Below are positions 44,881-57,264 of a DNA stretch of 64,000 bases, in pieces. Made by a program: the position numbers and the translations under genes. The DNA is from Octopus vulgaris. Taxonomy: Eukaryota. The stretch covers positions 101,680,001 to 101,744,000 of the forward strand of contig OX597815.1 of NCBI GenBank assembly GCA_951406725.2. The letters are read 5' to 3'. Each line of letters opens with the position of its first letter. The first letter of the stretch is position 1. Under the pieces are notes generated by a model. That model made no database searches and had not been told where the DNA came from. It worked only from the letters and a program-made list of their open reading frames with translations.

Positions 44881-45492
44881 AATGAAACTCATTGAAATTT
44901 CTGTGAATATTTGCTCGTTTAAACGCTTTTCCGAATTTTCCATTGTAATTTTATAGCCGGTCACTTTTTATAGCTGGTCACCAATTTTTATAGCCGTGTT
45001 TTGTTACCGTTTGTGCAACACTATTTTTATATGTCTCCTATTTGGAAATAGATAATAAATATATTTTACTTTTGAAGTAAGAATATATATTGATAAACCC
45101 ATCACTTACAATTACTTATAAGTGTTATCATTATACATATGTCCTGACGCCAGTTACATAAACGCCATAGCGAGAAATATATACTCTGAAACGCTATCGG
45201 ACATTTTATGCGTGCATGTATGTTAAAGATAAACAAATTCGTGTTCTTTTAACCGCTATAAAAAGTACAGTTTCATAACAAAAGAAATAAATTTCATTAA
45301 CAGGTTGAAGAACGTGAAAAAGAGAAAATAATTACTACATTATTTTATTTATGTGCCTTTAGCATTTATAGTACAATTGGAAAGTAAAGTCATTTTGTCG
45401 TAGAGAATTACGGCTTAAAATTCACACTAGCTAATCTTTCATACTAACTACTATCATAGACATGACATAAAAAGTAGCCAATATCTCAATGA

Positions 45493-45660
45493 GTGAGTGT
45501 CGTAGAGTTTAGTAACAATCCAACGAACACTATCGGGAGTGTCGTGGAGTTTAGTAACAATCCAACGAACACTATCGTGAGTGTCGTGGAGTTTAGTAAC
45601 AATCCAACGAACACTATCGTGAGTGTCGTGGAGTTTAGTAACAATCCAACGAACACTAAG
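45493..45660. repeat. Minisatellite, 4 x 42 bp, each unit an imperfect hairpin
   Basis: Unit GTGAGTGTCGTGGAGTTTAGTAACAATCCAACGAACACTATC. Confidence 0.95.
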
Positions 45661-46261
45661 GAATTTCCCAAAAATCAGGGGTTTTATAACTGCTCATATC
45701 TGAATTCTAAGAGCCGTATTTCGTGAAACATTTCTTTGACGAAACTTTAGAATTCGTATATGGGCAGTAATTTTAACCGATGGAATACCAACAATTGTGC
45801 TTGTTCGGGTAAACGACCATTATGCCTTTTATGACTTGCTGCAGTGACTTTAAACCTACTCGTCCAAACCCTTTTCTTCTTTTCTTTTGCTTTTTTCCAT
45901 TCATAAACAAAATATCTGCCAAAACAGGTTTGACATTTGAAGAAATCTATTAAAAAACTTAAAAACGACTACACGATTTGAGATTCAAGTGCATTTGCAA
46001 ATCCCCAAACAAGTTCTCCTATATTCTTTCCTGTGTGAAAATACACTTCTCTGTCTCTCTTATTCTGCAACAAGATGCTATGTAATGTACTTAATTTGCT
46101 TACAACAGTTTCTCCTATAACGTAGAGAAGTTCATTACATAATTTCTTGTTCCATGTCACCTATTTAATATTTTTATTACGCTCTCTACTCAACTACCGT
46201 TTCTTTCTAAAGCAAATGTATATTGGGTTCTAACTCAATATTTGCCTAAGTGAAATATTAA

Positions 46262-46353
<92 letters not shown>

Positions 46354-46669
46354 CACACACACACAGTTAATTCCCAATAAACGGTTTTGTCTGAATCACT
46401 TGAATTTCGATAATAACAACAGTGGGGGGTTACGCATTCAATATAAGAAAAATCTACGTGTACATACACGCACACACACACACGCACACACATACACACA
46501 CACACACATACGCACGCATATGTGTGGTGTATATCTATTTATGTATAAGTGGCATTCCAGAAATGTTGAGATTTTGTTTTTAGGAGAGGCAATTAATTAG
46601 TAGCACTTTTACAAGGATATGATAATTTTTGTATACTATTACTTTGCATTTAATAAGCTGACCTGCCAC

Positions 46670-47505
46670 TTTTGTTATTACAGATTGAAAAAGACGGCAG
46701 AGCATTTTATACACATTCTACAAAACACTTTGCCACAGATGATTAGTTTGCAGAATGCAGTCGGGACGTATGGAAGCTCACTATGCAATAAAGTTTTGTG
46801 TTAAACTAGGCAAAAATAGAAACTTATGATTGCTTATGGATTAACTTTTAAGCTGGCTCAAGATGTTCAAGGACATTAGAGAGGAGGTAAGAATTGATTA
46901 GAGGTGCGAGAGGATTAAGAACGTCAAAATACTAGAGGTGGTTGAGAAAATTCGTAATTTTCTGGATGAAGACCGTCGTGTGTCTATAAAGACAATAAGC
47001 ATTGTTTGGATTTGGTGTGTTAACTGTACACAGTATTATTCACGAAAATCTGAATATGCGAAAAATTTGTGCAAAGTTTGTTCCTAGGGGGCTCAGTGAC
47101 CAGTATCATGCTAAGCAACTGTTTAACAGAGATGGGCATCAAAACTACCCCTCGTCCTTCCTACAGCCCAAACCTTACTCCTTGTAACTCTTGGTTGTTC
47201 TCCAAGCTGAACCTCTAATCAACTCTAACCTCCTCTTTAATGTCCTTGAACATCTTGTGCCAGCTTAAAAGTTGATCCATAAGCAGTGATAAGTTTCTAT
47301 TTTTGCTTTGTCTAACACAAAGCTTTATTGCATAGTGAGCTTCCATACATCCCGACTGCGTTCTGCAACCTAGTCAGCTGCGACAAGTAGTGTTTGGTAG
47401 AATGTGTATAAAGTGCTGCGCCGTCCTTTTTTCAATCTGTAATAACAGGAGCAGTCGTTTTTGAATATGAATGAGTCTGTGACTTTTATGCGGACTTCAC
47501 GGAGT
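46670..47505. mobile_element. Mariner remnant with ~235-bp inverted duplication of its 5' part
   Basis: YAIKFCVKLGK, SIIHENLNMRKICAKFVPR, PSYSP; 46673-46905 inverted at 47211-47445. Confidence 0.8.
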
Positions 47506-47811
47506 AGCTGGAGCGCTAACAACAAATACATTGAAATCAGAGATCCTGCTTTGAAGGAGATTAGAGTTTTGTTCTTATTTGAAATTAACGTTTCTCCTGA
47601 AAAAGTCCCAAAACGTATGGATTATGTGTCTGTAAACGCATATGATTTTGCGTAATCTTGTATATGTGTATGTATGTGTATATGTATGGTTATACGTATG
47701 TATGCATGTGTTGTGTATATATGAATGTATGTATCACTGTATGTATATTTATTTTCCTACATTTATATTTTTACAGAAAATTTTAAAAATTATTTTAACA
47801 CTTAAAACCTG

Positions 47812-47957
<146 letters not shown>

Positions 47958-48199
47958 CATATTTATATACATACATAGATAGACACATATACATACATGT
48001 GTATATGTTGGTATTTGTGCGTATATGTGAGCATGTGTGTGTGTGTGTGTGTTATTTTTATTAAGATACATTTGGAGTGATTATTTAGTAACTTCAAACT
48101 TTTCATTACCTGGATATTTTCGCTGCTGAGCGTTTTCTAATCAATTTCTACCTTTGATTAACATCTACACGCACCCTACTACTCCTACATAGCTTATTT

Positions 48200-49200
48200 T
48201 TCATTGCCCACAACATTATTCCCGTTAAGAAATATCCTGTTTCCTCCTGCCTAACGAAAAGTCGACAATAGGCTTTAAAACTTTCAAAATTCTTCTGACG
48301 CTCTTTGAAGGAGGAAATGCGGTAGTTGATAAAAAACTAAAGCTACAACAATTTAAGAACATTGAAGGACTACGCTAAACTTAATCACATTGTGATTTAA
48401 CATTTAGATAAGAAGGTTTTGACGACAACCAGCTTCTTCCAAGATTGATTTATAAATATTTTATGCCAGTGGAAATATTTCCAACAAAGCGTTACTAAGC
48501 ATTGCCATTTTAGACAAAGAACTAAGTTTCCCAGAGAAATTAAATTAACTTTTTGATATCATGATGGGTGCGGTTTAGAATAAATTATTTGTTCCAGTCA
48601 ACTGCTCAAGTAACTTCACGGCATATTATGTGTACACTGTGATACGACTTTTAAGAGCACTTGATGGGGAGATTCAGCCTACAGTTAGAGACAACTGGAC
48701 AGCAATCAACATTATGGATGCTCTGGATATCATGGCAGAGACATGAGATGGAAGAAAGCCCTCGGCTGTGAATGATATCTGGAATATCATATGATCACCC
48801 TGCGTACAGATTTTCTTACGGCGGAAATTCTACGTCAAGTTTAGCAAGGCATTGAGATTGCAACAAATATTGTAATGTTTGAAGAAGTAGAAGATTATGA
48901 ATTTAAGTTGTTGGAGTTCCATAAAGGACGTTTGTCTCCCGAGGAGCTGACGATGTTACAACAAGAGCGAACAGCAGGTCAAGAAGAGGATAGTAATACA
49001 TCATCCACTCCACTTCAGTTGATTGTAAGTATAAGGCTTCGGTTGATTGTAAGTATAAGACTTCTAGTCTTCGCGAACGTAACATAAAAATTATAAGAGG
49101 AGGTCATAATGAATTTAGTTCCTACAGTAAGCAATTCATATAGATGGAGCATCGAAAACGTCAAATAACTTTGGATAAGTGCTTCGCCCCTGCAGCATAT
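48200..49200 (+). mobile_element. Decayed Tigger/pogo DNA transposon
   Basis: GGNAVVDKKLK, FFQD*FINIF, TVRDNWTAINIMDALD, FEEVEDYEF..LSPEEL, C-terminal KRQITLDKCF. Confidence 0.65.
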
Positions 49201-49638
49201 ATTGATGTTAAACTACAGTGCAGAAGATGGTGCCTCCACTTTCTTCCTGTAACACCCATTACATCACCACTCATCGCGCAGCTGTCTAGATATTTTGATA
49301 TGAACTTACTCTACAATGATATTACTGTATTGTTCATTCTTTTATTTTTAGATATACGTACTGCACAGCTTGTGTTTAAATTTGTTGTTTCCAAGCATGA
49401 ATGTGATTGTAGTTTTTCTTTTCCTTCCGAAAATTGTTTCCATCGAATTGCATTTCAATTTCTTACATGAGAATGAATGGGAAAATAAGTTTTGCATTTC
49501 AAAATACCACATTACAGCAACATTTTCGGGAATGTACGCACATGCTCTCACACACAGCCATACCGTATCACAAACTCTGCGCGCACACAGACACATGCCT
49601 GTTTATCTGTACATATGTGCGTACATGCCTGTGTGTGT

Positions 49639-49718
<80 letters not shown>

Positions 49719-49799
49719 GAACGAATGTATGTATGTATGTATTTGTGTGAGCACATGCGTTCGTGCCTGTATATGTGTCAATCTGCTTTTATGTACGTA

Positions 49800-51090
49800 T
49801 AATAATCTTGAACCAGATGCGTTTGGGTTGCTCATGTTGTCAAGATGAAAGATGGAAAATAGCCCAAGCCGATATTTTACGGGTAGCTGACCAAAGGGAA
49901 AAGGCTTCAGCATAAATCTAGGAAGCAGTGTAAGAGAGTCATGAAAAGTAAGCTGAAAGCTTTGGAGATTGATGCGGATGCCTAGAAGACATTGACTGAA
50001 AACCGTTCATCAAAGAAAGAGCCTATCAAGTCATGAAAAGTAAAATAAGTGCTATGTTTGTGAATGTTCCTGTAAAACGAAAACTGAACTGAAAAGCCAC
50101 CTGCATGCACATGATCATGCAATAATCGATGAAGAGATGGCACTCTTCTAACAAGAAGTAGCAATCAGCATGTATATATGTATGTATGTCATTTTTCAGT
50201 TTATTTCAATATTTCTTGCCAATAGAGAAAGAACCGATTTCTAACCTGTATCCAAGGCTCCTTCATTAGAATTTCAGCATCAACAACACAGTATTTTTGT
50301 ATGTATGTATGTATGTATGTATGTATGTATGTATGTATGTATGTATGTATGTATGTATGTGCAGATTTGTATGTTTTATGTATGTATTCTCATGCGTATA
50401 GTTGCATATCTACACATGTTCATATATATTTAAATGATAAACTTCTGGAAAGTTTTACAGATTTTTACAGTTCCAGTGATGGATAGGACCTGTAGTCTTC
50501 GAATTAACTTCCTCCTTTCTGGTTTTGAGAAGTCTAATTTCTCAAGATTGGTATTTAGGCAGTGTTACATATCCCAGGGCCCCAATAATTACAGGTATAA
50601 ACCTGAACTTGTAATCTGGATAGAGTAGCTGCAGGTTTCTCAGTAGTTCAGCATAGATGTTATCTTTTTCACTGATCTTCAGCTTTATGTTAACATCTGC
50701 TGGGCAACTAATTTCCACATGTATGTATGCATGCATTTATGTATGTATGTATGTATGTATGTATCTTTGCGCAAAATGAATGGAGTATGCTGTTTTGAAA
50801 TGTTCACTCCGTAAGCGGGACCCAAGTGCAATGTCTATGAAAACCCAGCAGAAATTGAAGTGCAATGTCTGCGGACGATTTCTTCTCTCAAGAGCCGGGT
50901 TTGTTAGTTATCTAAAGTCATACAAGTCAAGAAAAAATCGAGCTGCTAGTGAGATGATTCTCCTGCCATGCGCACCGCAGTACATTTGTCATGAAAAGTA
51001 AAATAAGTGCTATGTTTGTGAATGTTCCTGTAAAACGAAAACTGAACTGAAAAGCCACCTGCATGCACATGATCATGCAATAATCGATGA
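49800..51090 (+). mobile_element. RTE-clade LINE 3' fragment, interrupted at 50030-50764
   Basis: AHVVKMKDG..PKPIFYG, MKSKLKALEID, then C2H2-like CNVCGR..RAG and CYVCECSCKTKTELKSHLHAH. Confidence 0.7.
50190..50718 (-). mobile_element. 5'-truncated R4/Dong-like (RLE) non-LTR element in (CATA)n, copy 1
   Basis: VEISCPADVNI..EKDNIYAEL..IPVIIGALG, typical of the restriction-like endonuclease C-terminus; both ends abut (CATA)n. Confidence 0.8.
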
Positions 51091-51147
51091 AGAGATGGCA
51101 CTCTTCTAACAAGAAGTAGCAATCAGCATGTATATACGTATGTATGT

Positions 51148-51696
51148 CATTTTTCAGTTTATTTCAATATTTCTTGCCAATAGAGAAAGAACCGATTTCT
51201 AACCTGTATCCAAGGCTCCTTCATTAGAATTTCAGCATCAACAACACAGTATTTTTGTATGTATGTATGTATGTATGTATGTATGTATGTATGTATGTAT
51301 GTATGTATGTATGTATGTATGTATGTATGTATGTATGTGCAGATTTGTATGTTTTATGTATGTATTCTCATGCGTATAGTTGCATATCTACACATGTTCA
51401 TATATATTTAAATGATAAACTTCTGGAAAGTTTTACAGATTTTTACAGTTCCAGTGATGGATAGGACCTGTAGTCTTCGAATTAACTTCCTCCTTTCTGG
51501 TTTTGAGAAGTCTAATTTCTCAAGATTGGTATTTAGGCAGTGTTACATATCCCAGGGCCCCAATAATTACAGGTATAAACCTGAACTTGTAATCTGGATA
51601 GAGTAGCTGCAGGTTTCTCAGTAGTTCAGCATAGATGTTATCTTTTTCACTGATCTTCAGCTTTATGTTAACATCTGCTGGGCAACTAATTTCCAC
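51148..51696 (-). mobile_element. R4/Dong-like element, copy 2
   Basis: Identical to copy 1 except microsatellite length. Confidence 0.8.
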
Positions 51697-52157
51697 ATGT
51701 ATGTATGCATGCATTTATGTATGTATGTATGTATGTATGTATGTATGTATGTATGTATGTATGTATGTATGTATGTATGTATGTATGGAGGCATAGAATA
51801 GCTGATGGGTTTAGAAGTTCCTTCGCAACCACAAGGTATCAGGTTTGATCTACTGTGCGGCGTCTTGGACAAATATTGACAATAGCCCTAATTCTATAAT
51901 ACCTTGTGAGTGGAATTGGGTCGACGGAAACTGTACAGAAACTCGTCGAATGGGTTGTACTTGTAATTCGAAGGTACGGCCCCGTAACACACTGTGTCAG
52001 GCCGATTCTACTTAAGAATTATGTTAAGGGTATCTATGTCTGTGGATACTCAGCCTCTAATACGTTAGTCAGGGGAGCAGGTAATTCATTTGATCGATCA
52101 TTTGAATCTTTATAGTCGAAAGCAGCGAGAATCTGCCTTTCATTCATCCATGCATGC

Positions 52158-52190
<33 letters not shown>

Positions 52191-53078
52191 TGTATGTATG
52201 TATGTATGTATGTATGTATGTATGTATGTATGCGTAATTGTGTTTGTTTTAACCATCATGATTAAGACCACTCTGGAGCACAGGCTTTGTGTATAAATCG
52301 ATATTTTAATAGAAGATATTAACTCCGACATAATAGAAGCCATGATTTCTGATTATTTTACGAAGAGCTTGTTGAAAGTTGTTGATGTTAGTCATTCTCT
52401 ACGGAATGGCGAATATAATGAGATGTGTCTTCAGATTGATCTATCGAACGAGGCATTATGTAATAAAATGAAATGTTTGATGATTGGGTAACATGTTAAC
52501 TTTGAGAGAAAGATATATTAATGATGTCTAGATTGGCCTTTCTCTGCACATTATATAGTATACTAAGTTCTGACTTTCAGATTATGTTCATAGCATGAAT
52601 ATAATTATCTGTATTTTCGTTGATTAACAAGCCTAGATCAAAGCAAGTATTTTGGCTATTTCCTTTATATTTCTCGCTGTAATATTTCTTATTAAGGTTT
52701 CTTTGAAGTATAATGTTTTATTTCGCCTGACTTCGTAATTTGGTAGAGGAGATGGCGACTGCAGTTTGGTTGCACACTTGGATACAGACACAGAGTCTTT
52801 GTATTAAATGCACAATATTGATTACATTATGTAATTCATTTTTATGCCTTGTAATAGAAGTTTCTCTATTATCATTTAGGTAAATCAGCCGCAATAGGAA
52901 GTCGCACGGGCACACACTCATACACATACACACATAAAGTGTATGTATGGAAACAATACATGTTAGACAAAAGAAATGAACGACTTAACAAGGAAACTAC
53001 TACACGATTTATTGATATACCAGAAATAGCAGTCAACCGCTTTGAAAAGGAAGAGATATTTTGGATGATAATAATAAC

Positions 53079-53201
<123 letters not shown>

Positions 53202-53229
53202 GATAATAATAATAATAACTTTTTCAAAT

Positions 53230-53752
53230 TCTGTCGCACGGGCAGCAATTTTTTTGGGGGGAGGATTACATCGCTCCTAGTGTGTCACTGGTATTTAATT
53301 TATCGACCCCGAAATGATGAAAGGCAAAGTCGACCTCGGCGGAATTTGAACTCAGAATTCAGCGGCAGACGGAATACCTATTTCTTTACTACCCACAAGG
53401 GGCTAAGCACAGAAGGGACAAACAAGGACAGACACACGGATTAAGTCGGTTACATCGACCCCAGTATATAACTGGTACTTATTTAATCGACCCCGAAAGG
53501 ATGAAAGGCAAAGTCGACCTCGGCGGAATTTGAAATCAGAACGTAATGGCAGACGACATACCTATTTCTTTACTTCCCACAAGGGACTAAACACAGAGAG
53601 GACAAACAAGGACAGACAGACGGATTAAGTCGATTATATCGACCCCAGTGCGTAACTGGTACTTAATTTATCGACCCCGAAAGGATGAACGGCAGACGAA
53701 ATACGGCTACGCATTTCGCCCGTCGTGCTAACGTTTCTGCCAGCGCGCTGCC
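53230..53752 (-). mobile_element. Head-to-tail array of SINE family B units between (AAT)n tracts
   Basis: Three units joined at ...ACCTATTTCTTTACT. Confidence 0.85.
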
Positions 53753-53785
53753 TTAATAATAATGATGATGATGATGATGATGATG

Positions 53786-53842
<57 letters not shown>

Positions 53843-53844
<2 letters not shown>

Positions 53845-55310
53845 CTTTTCTTTATCAGCCACAAGGGCCGAACACAAAAACAATTAAGAACAATTAAGGA
53901 CAATTAAGTACCCCACACATCCTGATCATCCCGACTGCCAAGGGTACACCAGGCAGGAAACCCTCTTCCACCTCAACTGCTCCGGCTTACAGACGAATAT
54001 ATTCACACGAGCCATTTTCGCAACAGTCACCCATCTTTCAACAAACTTACTGGGGTGGGGACAGTATTTTCCTCTCTACCCTCACTTTCCTTGTCAAGTG
54101 GAACTCATAAAAGTCAATGAGGGCTCGACTGGAGAAAGTGTCTCTCTTTAGTCCTTTCAACTTCGTCCACCATTCTACCTCTTTCGCTATAACCATCAGG
54201 CAGAGAAAAACTGCCTTTCCCTCCCGGCCAAAAGAAGGCAGCGGGGCGATCCTCACAATGGATTCGGCTGATATCCGGATCTGTCCTACACGTAACAACA
54301 ACATTTCGACAAAGCTCCACAGGTTAGTAATGCACGGACACTGGACGAGTGCATGCAGAACGGTTTCATCACCCTGCGCACATCTCAGACAGGTCTATTT
54401 GATAGCACTTCTGTGCCTGTAGTGCTTGTCTCGAACCGGCAGAGCTCCCCGGTAGCACTGTGAGGCCAGGAATTTCTGGAAGTTATCCATTGACCCTTGC
54501 CCGAAAGTTCTCTGGAAAAGACCAGCTAGTTGATCCCTCTCGACACCCAGAGTTGCTCCGAGTACGTCTTCGCTTTTTCCCTCCACTAATCCCGACTGGC
54601 AGAAGGCTGTGAGCGCTTGCCGATACTCCAGGTGCCAAGCGCTTTTCTTGGTCTGCGGTTGACCCAGGATTGTAGCTCCATCAATGAGACGAGCTGCAGA
54701 AAATCCTTTTTGACGAACGGCGACCACACCTGTTCACCGTTAAGGAAACGCTGGAGATATCGCAGCCTCAGCTCATGTCTGCGTATCATTAGCCACGGCA
54801 TGTCCAGTCCTCCACTCACCGGCTGTTGACAGTAGATGGACCGTCTGATGGGCGGAACACGTCCCTTTCATAGGAAGTGGAAGAGCAAGCGCTCCAACTT
54901 TATGAGGTACGAAGTGGGTGGGGTAAGTAGATGACGGAAGCGATGTATGTATTCGTCACCTCCGCTCGACCCTTCAGGAACAGCCTCCTCTGTCTGTTTC
55001 TGGGTGAGATTGGCTAGCTTGTTCGTCGCCTCCTCCCAGTTCTTGTCCACCTGGAGGTCTGGACCGGTCTTTCCGTCCAGCTTCCTACAATGTTGTGGGT
55101 TGGCATGGACTTGCCTCTCCATATGCCGCGATGCAGGCCCATTGATTTCTCCTGGTTGATATTTGCTACTGTTACTGCTTTGTATACCCTTAGAGCAGTG
55201 CCGACTACCTCGATTTTCGAGATGTTCGAGGCTATTACGGTGTCATCGTCCGCGTAATCCGACACGAACCTTCCGCATCCTAGATCACGCGGAATGGCCC
55301 TGAAACATCT
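53843..55310 (-). mobile_element. 5'-truncated Tx1/L1-clade LINE with (TTA)n tail
   Basis: DYADDDTV..NINQEKS, GGLDMP, YRGALPVRDK..CLRC..ETVLHAL, FVERW; homologous to 22800-24100. Confidence 0.85.
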
Positions 55311-55979
55311 AGCTTCCGCAACAATGACTCGAAAAACAGTACATACAGAAGAGGCGAGAGTGGGGATCCTTATACATATTACTAACATTGAATCATGAGG
55401 AAAACTTTCTCGTTGTCACAGTAGCATTCCTTACATGTTCCTTTGAAGGAACCTTCTGAACTAGGTTCCTCAAACAAGTTGGAATTGCTGTCTGAATTTT
55501 TTTTCAACTAACAGTTACAAGTTCTTTCATTCACGGCATTTTGATCTTAAGTATTTTACAAATTTTTGGTGGCTTCACTTGCATTACAACCTCGGCACGA
55601 CATGTAAAGCATAAGATAATAAAAATGCTCTTTGCTTGGTTCAATGATGGTTTCTTCATATAGAAAATTAATGTACTAAATAATGCTATTGCTCTATTGA
55701 ATCTCTTCATGAAATATGCTTCAGTGAATACCACCAATATTAACATACAAACTGATTTCAAAGGGCACGAAATCGTAATCGGAAGACCTTTCTAGACAAC
55801 CTGAGATATATTATTTATGAAAGAAATGGCTGACAGTTACTTCGAAGTTTCGGTTTGATGAGAGTTTGATGCACGCTTGATAGCAAAACAGCAATTGTCA
55901 GACATTTTGCATGTAAAAATGAAATTATGTTACTCTCCTAAAGCGTATTGAATGATCCCTCCATTTAAAATTACATATA

Positions 55980-56122
55980 GGCGTAGCCGTGTGGCAAGAG
56001 ATCTTTTTCCCAACCATATGCTTCCGGGTTCAGTCCCTTTGGCAGATGTCTTCAACTATAGTTTTGGTCTGACTAAAGCCTTGTTAGCGGATTTTGTAGA
56101 CAGAAACTGAAAGAAGCTTGTC

Positions 56123-56159
<37 letters not shown>

Positions 56160-56405
56160 TGTATGTATTATGTATGTATATGTGTGTGTGTTTTTCTGTC
56201 TGTGTTTGTCCTCCACCACCGCTTCACAACCGGCGTTGGTGTGTTTATGTCCTTGTAGCTTAGCGTTTCTGAAAAAAAGTCTGGTGAAATAAGTACCAGG
56301 CATTAAAAAAAAAGTACTGGAGTCGGTTCATTTGACTAAAAATTATTCAAGGCAGTGCCCCAGCATGGCCTCAGTCTAATGACTGAAACAAATAAAGGTA
56401 AGAGA
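55980..56405 (+). mobile_element. Older SINE family A copy
   Basis: Colinear with 37437-37828. Confidence 0.8.
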
Positions 56406-56973
56406 TAAAAGATATATATACATATGTACTTGCGTACGTGTGAGTGTACACACTCACATATAGACATACAGAAACATATAGCAACTCGTTTTCACTCAGA
56501 ACACCTCTCCTGTTTGTTTTGTGAGTGAACTATGCTTCTCTGCAGCATGTTTGTATGATGTGTACACGTAGAAATGCATGCAAGTAATCAAAGTGCTTAA
56601 TCCCCAATTTCAGGTTGTTTACAGAGTCTTGTTAACATAGAATACAACCGACTTCTAAATAACTAACAAAAGGTTGCAATTTGAACATCACCTTCCTCCT
56701 TTCATTTTCGCCTCCTGCACCAGACGGTCATATTGTATCGCTGTATCTATATGTATCTTCCAGTTTATTTCTTTGCATGTGCCTGTGTGTGTATACGTGT
56801 GCATGTTCAGGTGTATGTGAATACATACACACACATACACACACGCATACACACACACATAATATATATATGTATGTATGTATGTCTTCATATTGCAGTT
56901 ATGTGTGTCTGTGTAAATTTATTATTCTTTAGCAAGTATAGTATTCACACTGATTTCGAAGTTTCGGCTTTCG

Positions 56974-57020
56974 GACAGTCCGATGATGGCTTAGCTGAAT
57001 AATACTTCGAAGTCACTGTC
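56974..57020 (+). ncRNA. Degenerate type I hammerhead ribozyme motif
   Basis: Stem I GACAGT/ACTGTC, CCGATGA, GGC-TTA-GCT, GAA(TAAT), palindromic ACTTCGAAGT then C; inverted partial copy at 56947-56969. Confidence 0.6.
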
Positions 57021-57216
57021 AATGATTTTCTTGTTAAAGAGTAATAAATTTGTTCTCTACCCTTCATCTAATCCATCCATCCATCCATCTATTCATACAT
57101 ACATACATACATACATACATACATACATACATACATACATACATACATAAATGCATTCATATATATGTATGTGTGTATGTGTGTGAGTGTGAGTGTATGT
57201 GCGTGAGTGTGTATAC

Positions 57217-57264
<48 letters not shown>

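Noticed and set aside
45493-45660. CRISPR-like palindromic repeats
   Set aside because: No spacers, no cas genes, eukaryotic context
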